A DNA stretch of 64,000 nt from a virus, in IMG/VR virus record IMGVR_UViG_3300038461_000101, positions 1 through 64,000 of that record; one strand, given 5' to 3'. Each line of letters opens with the position of its first letter. Positions within the stretch are counted from its first letter, which is position 1. The position numbers were made by a program, and so were the translations under genes. The notes under the pieces are model-generated. The model was given only the letters and a program-made list of their open reading frames with translations, ran no database searches and was not told the DNA's origin. Positions 47,276 to 56,800 of this stretch are shown here, one piece after another.

Positions 47276-48829
47276 TCAGTTCATTTCCAGGATTGCTTCA
47301 ACTTCATTGATCCGAATAGGAATGCCACCAATGTAGTAACCATGTGTTCCCACAAAGGCAAAACCATTGACGATGATTGCCCAACTTCCATAGGTGGCAT
47401 TTGAAAATAGAGAAACTGGAATGAAATCTTGGAACACACCACCCTGGCTGAATATGGCAATTCCATACCAGTTATCAGAAAGTCTTTTGGCCCAGCAGAG
47501 AATATTGTTTGTGTCGGAATCTAATCGGTTGAAGGCAGTTTTGATGTCATAACCAGTTTCAATCAAGGGGATCATGGAGTGTTGGATGTAATCAGTTAGA
47601 TAGATTCGATTGTCATGCCCCTTCTCGAAACCCATATACTGCATTTCCATACCAGTTTCAGTAAGTATGTGGGCATCTATTTTGTAAGGATAGGGAGTGC
47701 CATATGCAGCAGCCGACATGGGATAAGCTGATTGTGAAGTTATTACCTCATAATGATTGTCGGCTTCCACATGGTAACTTGCAACATATTCACAGTAGAG
47801 AAAGAATGAGTTTGCTGGAGAAGTAAATCCATCTGTAAGGCCAGCTCCGCCACTACCAGATGGAGGAGATTGATAAGAAGGCCATCCAGGAAATACGTCA
47901 ACGGTTAGCACTGGATCATAGGTAATTTCCTGAACAGTTGTGGGTGTAAGTGTTTTGTCGGATAGATCAAATCCAGCCCATTCATATTTGTAGAGGCCAA
48001 GAGCAGCCAACCAGTAGGTACCATGTCTATCCCAGGGGCCACTACCATAAGGAATTGCGATCGCTGCTCTTACAATGAAACCACCATTCCCCAAATGAGA
48101 TGCAACAACTCCTCCAGCTATATTATCGGCAGGTGAAGACCACCAAGAACCATTGTGTGCAAAATTATAGTTTGCCATCAACATTTCTTTTTGTATACCA
48201 AACGAGGCTTCTGCAAAGTTAGCAATCACTCCAGCAAGATGAAAATAACCTCCCTGATTATTCATCATATTTCCATATCCAGAGCTTGCCTCTTCTACAA
48301 AACCTGCAATGAAATCACCACTCCTTGTGTTCTCATTGAACCCACTGTCATGACTGAAGAAAATGTTTCCTGGAGTTGCAAATTCAAAATTGAAAGTATT
48401 TTCAAGAACCCATACAGAAGTGCTAACATTGAGTACACCAAAATCCCATTGGGAAAGATAGGTAGTTGATCCCGCAGGGATATTGGCAGTATCTCTGACT
48501 AGCACTCTGAACTCATACTTGGATATTTTTTTGATGCCAGCACAATAGATATTGGCAGGTGGAATGGTAACCTCATAAGTTTCGGCAATTGAAAGTTCGT
48601 CTTCGCTTAGATAAATTACATGAAGTTCCACGGAATAATCTTCAGCTACTTTTGTCCAGGCGACTCCTTTGTCATTTGGATTGCTAAAGACACACAGACT
48701 TATTCCACCCCAATCAGTTTGATAATCAACTACTCCAAGATCTAATCCCATGTATGGGGCAACGCCATTCATGGGAACTCGATCAGAAGGATTCCACCAT
48801 ATGTAATCGCTCACACCGAGATAATTCAT
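47276..48829 (-). CDS. Putative tail/receptor-binding structural protein
   Basis: GGGAG SD, aromatic and beta-rich, within the tail module. Confidence 0.6.
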   Translation of the reverse strand: MNYLGVSDYIWWNPSDRVPMNGVAPYMGLDLGVVDYQTDWGGISLCVFSNPNDKGVAWTKVAEDYSVELHVIYLSEDELSIAETYEVTIPPANIYCAGIKKISKYEFRVLVRDTANIPAGSTTYLSQWDFGVLNVSTSVWVLENTFNFEFATPGNIFFSHDSGFNENTRSGDFIAGFVEEASSGYGNMMNNQGGYFHLAGVIANFAEASFGIQKEMLMANYNFAHNGSWWSSPADNIAGGVVASHLGNGGFIVRAAIAIPYGSGPWDRHGTYWLAALGLYKYEWAGFDLSDKTLTPTTVQEITYDPVLTVDVFPGWPSYQSPPSGSGGAGLTDGFTSPANSFFLYCEYVASYHVEADNHYEVITSQSAYPMSAAAYGTPYPYKIDAHILTETGMEMQYMGFEKGHDNRIYLTDYIQHSMIPLIETGYDIKTAFNRLDSDTNNILCWAKRLSDNWYGIAIFSQGGVFQDFIPVSLFSNATYGSWAIIVNGFAFVGTHGYYIGGIPIRINEVEAILEMN

Positions 48830-49452
48830 TCTTGTGCTCCCAGGGTGAGACAAACCATTGCTCTTGTTGAAGCATTGAAGGCTGAAATATCAATCCAAAG
48901 CCAGTCGCCTTCAGGTAATAAGACTTGGGCAAATGAAAGTTCAGTGCTTCCTGTAAGACCAGCCACAAGATCTGATGCCATCACATCTACACCAGTTGCA
49001 CCGATCGTATGTCTATCTTCCACGTTGAAGGTGAACGAGGTGCCATTGATAACAAAAGCATCTATCCGAAGAAGAATACGATCCTTTGGTATTCGCCCTC
49101 CTGCTACACCACCAATACCAACAAAGGTAATAGGCCATGAATAAGTGTAGATGTTAGCAATGAAGATGGGTTCAGGAACTGGAGCTTTTGCTGAAGTAGG
49201 AGTTGGCAATTTACCAGCAGGAAGAACAGGATCTGGTAGGGTTTGGGTTTGCACAAAAGGTGTGCCAGTCTGATAGTTGACTATTACCAGTTGACCTAGG
49301 GAAGGAGTGGGGCCAACATAGCGCAACTTATTCATTCGAGTGCCAGTACCAGATAGCCGAACAGAAACATAAGGTCCCAAGACATTGGTCACGATCGCCG
49401 GGATCATCTTCTGTTTGGATAATTTAGTAATGGACTTCGAGAGTTCGCTCAT
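48826..49452 (-). CDS. Putative tail tip/baseplate protein
   Basis: N-terminal OB-like segment (AIVTNV...VSVRL...GQLVIV), tail module position. Confidence 0.6.
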   Translation of the reverse strand: MSELSKSITKLSKQKMIPAIVTNVLGPYVSVRLSGTGTRMNKLRYVGPTPSLGQLVIVNYQTGTPFVQTQTLPDPVLPAGKLPTPTSAKAPVPEPIFIANIYTYSWPITFVGIGGVAGGRIPKDRILLRIDAFVINGTSFTFNVEDRHTIGATGVDVMASDLVAGLTGSTELSFAQVLLPEGDWLWIDISAFNASTRAMVCLTLGAQE

Positions 49453-50429
49453 GCGAGGTTCTTCCTTCCGTTCATGGTCATGGAAAACGAACCATTCTCA
49501 AGGGAAATTTGAATGTCTTCGATGATGGCATCTTCGGTGATATGGGTTTTGGTACCGGCCACAATCAAATCGAAGTGCATCAAATCGGAGATCTCCGGTC
49601 GGGGATCCAGACGCATTTGAGCCGTGATTGGAGTTCGATGTTCCAGGGCAATCTCTTGGATAGTATGAGTGGCTTCTACTGCACCAATATCCAACTCTGA
49701 GAGTTGGTAAAGTCTGGTAATGAACCCAACCTGCTCAGCAGCCAGGGCATAAGTCGAGATACCTACATCGTAGTAGTAGACCAAACCATCTGAGGAAATA
49801 TCGTTGTTGTTGACCTGCTTGTTGTCATAACTCCAAACATGGTTGGCTGCCACGGTGTCTTTGATGGTGTGATAGGTGAAGGCAATTGCCCGGTCGGTTT
49901 CAGGGAAGATCCAGACTGGCCGTTGCTGGTAGATCGACTGCAGGGCATTGTCACCAGTGGTTTCATAGTCCACATACACAGCATCACGCCAATCAGGAAT
50001 CTCTTCTCTGCGAATGTTGGTGAGTGTCACGGCACCACCTAGGGCTTTGAGATCGGCCACCGTGGTGTAATCGGCATACTTGGTCAGGGCCATGACGTAG
50101 GAGTAAACCCATCGGTTGTTGCAGTAAACCGAGATTGCTACATCGTGAATATAGATCCAGACATCCAACGCTGGATTAGTGGTATTTCCAATTGGAAAAT
50201 CGGATGTGTCAACGATTGTGCCACCAAGAAGAGTGGATACTTGCATATACCGATTTCCACCATGAGTGGTCGTGCCAATTTGAATAGTGAGAACCTTGTA
50301 TCCCTTATCGGGATCTGTGTTCTCTTTTCCAAATGCAGCAATGCCCTGGATGTCGGTTTCCAGAAGCAAGGAAATTGCATCATTGACGGTATAGGTGTAG
50401 CGCAGGGAGAAGGCACCGTTCTTGTTCAT
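49449..50429 (-). CDS. Putative tail/baseplate hub protein
   Basis: C-terminal DPRPEISD...IEDI.I.L...F.M.M.G pattern typical of hub proteins. Confidence 0.55.
   Translation of the reverse strand: MNKNGAFSLRYTYTVNDAISLLLETDIQGIAAFGKENTDPDKGYKVLTIQIGTTTHGGNRYMQVSTLLGGTIVDTSDFPIGNTTNPALDVWIYIHDVAISVYCNNRWVYSYVMALTKYADYTTVADLKALGGAVTLTNIRREEIPDWRDAVYVDYETTGDNALQSIYQQRPVWIFPETDRAIAFTYHTIKDTVAANHVWSYDNKQVNNNDISSDGLVYYYDVGISTYALAAEQVGFITRLYQLSELDIGAVEATHTIQEIALEHRTPITAQMRLDPRPEISDLMHFDLIVAGTKTHITEDAIIEDIQISLENGSFSMTMNGRKNLA
50185..50198. repeat. TTCCAATTGGAA palindrome copy 8 (14 bp)
   Basis: Exact match. Confidence 0.85.
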
Positions 50430-53371
50430 ACACTCACCGTGCCATTCTGTGCAAGAGGAGCTGAGGCAATCAGATGATCACCCGGGAAGCGTGCCTGAGT
50501 TCCCGAAAGTCGAGTTACTTTGTCCAGTAAACCTTCGATGGTATTGTCTTCATCGCCACTGGTTCCCATGAAGCCAAGCAGGGTCACAGAATCGTTATGG
50601 TCTATGTAAACGAATGAGCCGGTCGTGTGTTGTACTTCTGTCTTGGTGGTGTCGATCAAAGCTACTCCAGTAAGGCCATTGGTAAGCCAAACCTTTTCCT
50701 CGCAACTGTCATTGGCACCTTCAGGGATTACATCATTCAGGCCATAGATACGCATTCTCTCTAATTGCCATACCACTACACCCCCGGTTGTAACCCAGGG
50801 TTTAAAGAAGGTCTGGTCAGCTATCCAGGAATAACCATTGTCAGTGCAGACAATTGCACCTGCAAAGAGGGCATGGTTGGAGTCGTCGGAGATCCATTCA
50901 AAATCGAAAATCTCAACGGCCCGAATGCCAGTATAGTGGTAACTGTCATAGAGATCGGTGTTATATCCATTCCAATTCAGAATAGCCCTGAGTTGATAGG
51001 GACCACGGATCTGGTCATAGGTAAAGAAGGTGTTCTTTCCTGAGAAGTTGTAGATGTAATCATCGACAGAGATCTTGCCAGATGATGGGAAGACACCGAA
51101 GGCAGATGCTCCAGTCTCAGGATCAATGTCACAGGGCATGACTGGTATCTGGTTGCCAGATGAAAAGAAGCCACAGCAGCGGAACTTTGGTGGATCTATG
51201 ATGGCCCAAACTCCAGTATGGTAGATGTATGAGCCGGAGGCATCTGTGTCGATGTTCTCTGGAGAAGATGAAACAATAGGCACTTCATAGGTGATTGGAG
51301 TATCGGATGTCTTCCAGGAATAAGACAGCATGGAGCCTCGTTGAGGCCATGTCGCTGCAGCGATCGCTTTGTATTCCACGCCAAAGAGACCATCCCGGTG
51401 CCAGAAACGAATATCATATGTGCCACCATCCTGGATGCCAGCTTCAGCCACTTCAAAGAGTGTGTACCGAATGCCATAGCGGATCTTGGCAATTCCAATG
51501 TAACCGGGGCGCATGTAGCCTGCAATGAAGTTATCCTTATCGGTGCCCAAGCCAAGAAGACCCGCAAAGGTGTATGGACCCACGATCGTAAATCGACCGG
51601 TCTCTTCAAAGTTCCAGGCATTCCATGGAGAGAAAGCAAACAGAATTTGGGGAACACCTTTTTGCTGAGTGGTGATCTTGCTATCTACCACAGTGAAGCC
51701 CAGGGTAGCTGATGGAATGTATTCCACCACGATCCCGGGCATTTCAATTCGAGAGAGATAGTAAGTGGTGTTGCCTGAGCCAGAGATAACACGCACTCCA
51801 AGTTTCAGGATCTTCCATCCCTGGCCGGGATTGGTAAGAGTGAAGGAAACAGGGAATGAGCCAGCCCGGGCACCCGCCGCAAACCAGGTCTGAGGTGGAT
51901 TGGCATGGGCTGAGGTGAGATTACCTATCAGGGTAACAAGCGTGGAAACATTTCCACTGAGATCCTGAACCTGAACAAGCCCATAGAAAGTATCGTTGGG
52001 GGTGTTGGTAGGAGTGGAATCGGCCACATTCGGATTGGTGGAAGGGATACCAGCCCTGGACCAGCCATAGATATTGATCACATAGCTGGCAGCATCTTCA
52101 AAGATTGGATATGAAGTGGCAAGGCCAGATTCCAAAAGGTCATTTCCCCAGGTATCTGTAGTGGTACTTCCAGCGTGGGTTTGGCGGGTATAACCCTCAG
52201 GATCTGAAGTGGGTGAAAGATCTTGAGTAAGTGACCAGCGTTGACCGGCTCCTCCATCCACGTTGGAGAGTGAGTCAAGGGTAAGGCAGGGTGTTTGGAG
52301 ATATTGTTTGCCCTGCCATTCCATGTAATAAGGATGGGTCATAACACTGGTGTGCCAGGGGCCATCTGCTTCCAGTTGGATGGACATCTTTCGCAATCCA
52401 TTTGCCCAATTACGATCGACCGCAGAGATAACCACATCGTAGTATTTCACCCATTCGGGGTTGGCATTGGCTGTTACGATACCGATCTCCAGTTTGGCAA
52501 ACCCACCTTCTACTACCAAGGGATTGGTATAGTATTCTTCCTTCCCTGATTTGATGTCTGCCACCCATCCCTGAGTTACGGATCCCGAGAGATTTCTCAT
52601 GACGATGGCGATATTTTCTGTAGCTTCGCCAATGATCTGGTAAGGGGCACTTGTTCGATAGGTATGAGTGGTATTGTAGAAAACAATCTGGCCGGTACCA
52701 GTCTCATATCTGGCACCAAAGCGATCATCCACAATGCTGACCAGCACCCGCCGATCCAGAGAGAATGTAAATCCGTTATCAGAATAGGTGAACAAGGTCC
52801 ATCGGGCATCATTCTGGAACTGGTCTTTTCGATAGAACTTGCCGACCATGAAGATGCGACTGTTGTAGACGAAAACGCTTGAGATGTCGAAGCTGCTCAT
52901 ATCTTCAGGGATGGCCGTGAAGAAGTCTGACCATGTACCATCCCGATTGTTGGCATTCAGTTTGTAATAAGCTCCTATAACTGCTCCATTGAAAGCTGTG
53001 AAATAGGCAAAGACCTTATCTCCAAGCAATACTGCGCCACCATAAGAGAGATGGCAGGTATCTGTATCTGCAGTCAGCACGTTCACTGGATCGAAAATCC
53101 TACCTGGAGAAACATGGGAAGCGGCCAGATCGTCTATGAAGGCCAGCCTGACAGCACCTTCATCGTAATAGAACTTTACTCCCTGAGTGCCAGAGACTGG
53201 ATAGGTCACATAACCGGCTCCTGATACTGGAGCCAGCGAGGGTGTGTAGACTTCGGCCTGCAGATCATCGGCACCAAAATAGACACGAGACTTATATGCA
53301 GTAAGTCTCGATTTTGCTTTGATGCCAACCAGAGCAAGGGCTGCAGGAATTGCTGCTGTCGTGGTTCTCAT
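50426..53371 (-). CDS. Large tail/baseplate structural protein (981 aa)
   Basis: Long beta-rich ORF downstream of the tape-measure-like and Dit-like genes. Confidence 0.65.
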   Translation of the reverse strand: MRTTTAAIPAALALVGIKAKSRLTAYKSRVYFGADDLQAEVYTPSLAPVSGAGYVTYPVSGTQGVKFYYDEGAVRLAFIDDLAASHVSPGRIFDPVNVLTADTDTCHLSYGGAVLLGDKVFAYFTAFNGAVIGAYYKLNANNRDGTWSDFFTAIPEDMSSFDISSVFVYNSRIFMVGKFYRKDQFQNDARWTLFTYSDNGFTFSLDRRVLVSIVDDRFGARYETGTGQIVFYNTTHTYRTSAPYQIIGEATENIAIVMRNLSGSVTQGWVADIKSGKEEYYTNPLVVEGGFAKLEIGIVTANANPEWVKYYDVVISAVDRNWANGLRKMSIQLEADGPWHTSVMTHPYYMEWQGKQYLQTPCLTLDSLSNVDGGAGQRWSLTQDLSPTSDPEGYTRQTHAGSTTTDTWGNDLLESGLATSYPIFEDAASYVINIYGWSRAGIPSTNPNVADSTPTNTPNDTFYGLVQVQDLSGNVSTLVTLIGNLTSAHANPPQTWFAAGARAGSFPVSFTLTNPGQGWKILKLGVRVISGSGNTTYYLSRIEMPGIVVEYIPSATLGFTVVDSKITTQQKGVPQILFAFSPWNAWNFEETGRFTIVGPYTFAGLLGLGTDKDNFIAGYMRPGYIGIAKIRYGIRYTLFEVAEAGIQDGGTYDIRFWHRDGLFGVEYKAIAAATWPQRGSMLSYSWKTSDTPITYEVPIVSSSPENIDTDASGSYIYHTGVWAIIDPPKFRCCGFFSSGNQIPVMPCDIDPETGASAFGVFPSSGKISVDDYIYNFSGKNTFFTYDQIRGPYQLRAILNWNGYNTDLYDSYHYTGIRAVEIFDFEWISDDSNHALFAGAIVCTDNGYSWIADQTFFKPWVTTGGVVVWQLERMRIYGLNDVIPEGANDSCEEKVWLTNGLTGVALIDTTKTEVQHTTGSFVYIDHNDSVTLLGFMGTSGDEDNTIEGLLDKVTRLSGTQARFPGDHLIASAPLAQNGTVSV

Positions 53372-53796
53372 GAAGTAGGTTCCGTTTCTGCCGTGATGCA
53401 AAGGAAAACGACCTGCACGTAATACCAGGCTTCCAGTCCTTCCAGGGCAGTTGCAAAGGGCTTAGGCTGAACCTGTTGGCTGAAGATAACTTGAAAGGTT
53501 TCTCCAAAGAAATCCACAAGGGTCAGGATATTGGTTGGAGTTCCGCCAGGGTCGTTGTATTTGAAGAACCGGATGAGGTCAGCATAGGTGCCACGATCAC
53601 CATCATCTTCGTCATAGCGCAGACGCAGGGTGAAGTTCCATAAGCGAAAGATACTACCCATACTTACATCAAGATCACCATCCAAGGTGACTTGAAGATC
53701 CTGCTTCTTGTCGAACTCTTCGATGTAACCATCGGCTATGGCATAGAACTGCTTTGAGAGAGATCCATTACTGTTGGTGAGAGTGAAGTATTTCAT
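53368..53796 (-). CDS. Putative distal tail (Dit-like) protein
   Basis: 142 aa, directly follows the tape-measure-like ORF, GAGG SD. Confidence 0.5.
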   Translation of the reverse strand: MKYFTLTNSNGSLSKQFYAIADGYIEEFDKKQDLQVTLDGDLDVSMGSIFRLWNFTLRLRYDEDDGDRGTYADLIRFFKYNDPGGTPTNILTLVDFFGETFQVIFSQQVQPKPFATALEGLEAWYYVQVVFLCITAETEPTS

Positions 53797-53803
53797 GGTT
53801 GCC

Positions 53804-56800
53804 TCAATTGTTTAGGTCCTGGGCAACGGTTCGAATAATGAAGTCTCGAATCTTTTCATTGCCGATGAAGATCTGAATGACCTGTGGTGTATTCCCGCCA
53901 CCAGTTCCCCTTGCAAGAGATAGGGAATGGTTCAGGGAAGAACCCTTGAGCTGGCTATTGGGGGTGACATTGAAACCACCACCAGGAAGGGCCGTAACCA
54001 ATTCTTCATAGCCAGTTGGAATACCAGAGAGACTATCACCAACAATGGCTGAGCCACCAGGTCTTACTGAACCACCAGCAGCGCATTTGACAGAGTTATG
54101 GGTGAGCATTTTCTCTGCATAATATTCATGCTGGCCGCCAACAACCATGGTGTAGGTTGGAACTTCAACTTCTGTATAGGACATGTCGATGATAGATTCA
54201 TAACCTTCTTCGAAGGTAAGGATCTCATCTCCAATTTCCAGACCACCAATAATATCCAGACCATAATAGGATTTTTCAGAAGCCAGGGGATCAATGGATT
54301 TCCAACCGTGGCGAGTATACATTGGGTGATCGTTGGTTAGATTGAGAATCTGACCACTGGCAAACTTGATAGTCCAAATACCTTCTCGGATCGGTTGGAT
54401 AAGGCCATGTACTTCAACACCTTCCTTTTCGAAGTGATCATTCTTTCCCATGACTATATCGCCAAGTTTCACATCTTCAATGGCCCTTTCGGAGCCATCA
54501 CCCATCAGGATCTTGGTACCAGCCAGAAAGCAGCACAATCTTCCTTCATCGGTTGGAATAGGAAGACCAAGAGCTTTCATGATGTCTTTCCAGGCTTGCA
54601 CTAATCCAGCGTCAAGAAGAGCTACTGCTCCAGCAGCCTTGGCAGCATCAGTTGAGAGATCAAGTTCAGTTGTGGACAGATCCTTTTGGTCCTTGGCAGC
54701 CTGAGCTGCAATACCAGCGGACTCTGTAGCAAGTTTCTGCTGTTCAACGAAGTTGGCCCGGGCAAGCTTGATGGATTGCAGTTCCAGATCCATCTGTACT
54801 GCATAGAACTCTTTGGCCTTATCTAACTGTTGCTGTTGAAGTTGCTTGGTCTCTTCGAACTGTTTGATCTGCAGTTTGTATTGTGCTTCCTGGAGAGCCC
54901 ACTGTTGTTTTTGATAGCCAAACTCAGTCTGACGTTGACTGGTTTGCATGTTGTATTCAGTGATGTTCTCTTTCTGCTGCATTTCTCCGAGTCGACGTTC
55001 ACGGCCAGAAGTGAAACGAGCTTGTTCTTTGTACATAGTCTGGCTGAAGCCAAATTGCTGAGCAGCCATAGCCGTATTGAAACCAAACTCTTCGGTTCCT
55101 TGTGCACGACCAAGAGCCATTCCTTGGGCCTGTAACCCCATGGATTGATAGAACTGACTGGACTGCAGGTTGATTTGTTTCTGCTGCATTCCAAAGCCGA
55201 ATTGGGTTTGTGCAATTCCAAGAGCACGCTGAGCATCTTCAATACCCCATTGTCCACCACCCTGGGAAGTGAAACTACCAGTACCGGGAATACTCCAGGA
55301 AACCTTACCAGTATTGAGACCGAAATTGCCACCGGTTTGCGGATTGACCAAACCAGCATAGTTCTGTAATCCCACTCCTGTAGTAAAGGCAAGATTAGCT
55401 GCAATACCTTGTTGCTGAACTCCAACTCCAGCCATGGCAAGTTCATAATTCTTGGCAATCGCAGTCTGTTGTACTTTGATGGATCCACCGGCAGCAGCGG
55501 CGGCCATGTAGGGATTATTTTCCCAACCAGCTCCGAAAATCTTTCCAGCCATTTCACTGGAACTTGGACCACCAAGAATACCCAAACTAGATGTTCCATA
55601 GGCCATACCAGTAAGTTGGCCGCCTGGAGTTACATCAGTTCTGGCAAGATTATAGGCAGGCATGGTTCCACCACCCATAAGAGGTAGGGGTGCCATCTTG
55701 TTGTAATTGATGCCATACTTGGCAGCAGCCACACCAAATCCAAGTGGGTTCTTCTGAGAGATCATCTCCCACATGGTATAGTCCTGGAAAGGAATAGTAT
55801 ATCCAGTGGGAGCTACATCCTGAACCCTTTTGATTGCTTCAGGACCAGCTAGGGGCGCAGTAGGAGCAACGGCTGGAGGAGTAATCCCAATATCATTATT
55901 GTTGAGAGCATTGATGAGATTGTCTCTCGTTGAAGGTTGAGGTGAAAGACTACTTGGGACCGCAGTTGCTCTTTCTCCTCCAATGTTTGCAAATTTCAAT
56001 ACATGATTTACTACATCCATAATAGATTTAGGTATTGGATTCTTGGAGAAGTAGTCTTTTTCAGATATGCCTGGACTTACTGAAGGCTTATTGCCTTGAG
56101 CAGCTTTGGCCGCCAGATCTGACTTGAGTTTTTGAAGATCGACCGAAGTGTTTCCAAGAGTGGCAGCAGTTTTTGTAATGGTCAATGGAGGGGTGGATAA
56201 TGTAGTAGCAGGACTACCATTGATAGACTCATGACCACTTGTAGTAGTTGGAGGTCCAAAAGCAGCAGCGATTTTAGCAACCATTTCAGCATCACCCGCT
56301 GTAGCTGCCTGCATACCCATGGTATTGGCGAGATTATCTCGGCGTGCTTCAAGACTAGCATAGGAATTGGCCTGATTTTGCATTACTTGAGCAGCACCAA
56401 TTGTCTGCTGCATAGGTGCAAGATCAAGAGGATTGATACCTGTAGGAATGCCAAGCATTGTCTGAGCAGTAAATTTCTGAGAAGCTGCCTGATAATATTG
56501 AGTTGTTGTCTGATCCAGACCACCCCATGCCTGAGCCCAGGTGTTCATTTGTGTCATTTGGGCCTGAGAAGGAGTCCCTGAAGTAGCCAATCGCCCCATC
56601 TCGGACCATCGCAGACTTGGCATATTTCCAAGAGTAGCAGCACCTGCAGCGAACAGTTTCTGTTCTTGCATACTCATTGGAACTTTCTCATTGTTGAGTT
56701 GATTGGCTACGATCGTAGCGGCCAGGCTTGGTTGATTTCTGGTACCAGTGATCTGTGCTTGAGGATAACCAAGACCATAGAGAAGGTTCTGGTAAGCTCC

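Noticed and set aside
43847-48829. Diversity-generating retroelement target in the fibre genes
   Set aside because: No reverse transcriptase and no TR/VR pair with adenine-specific mismatches was seen in the window.
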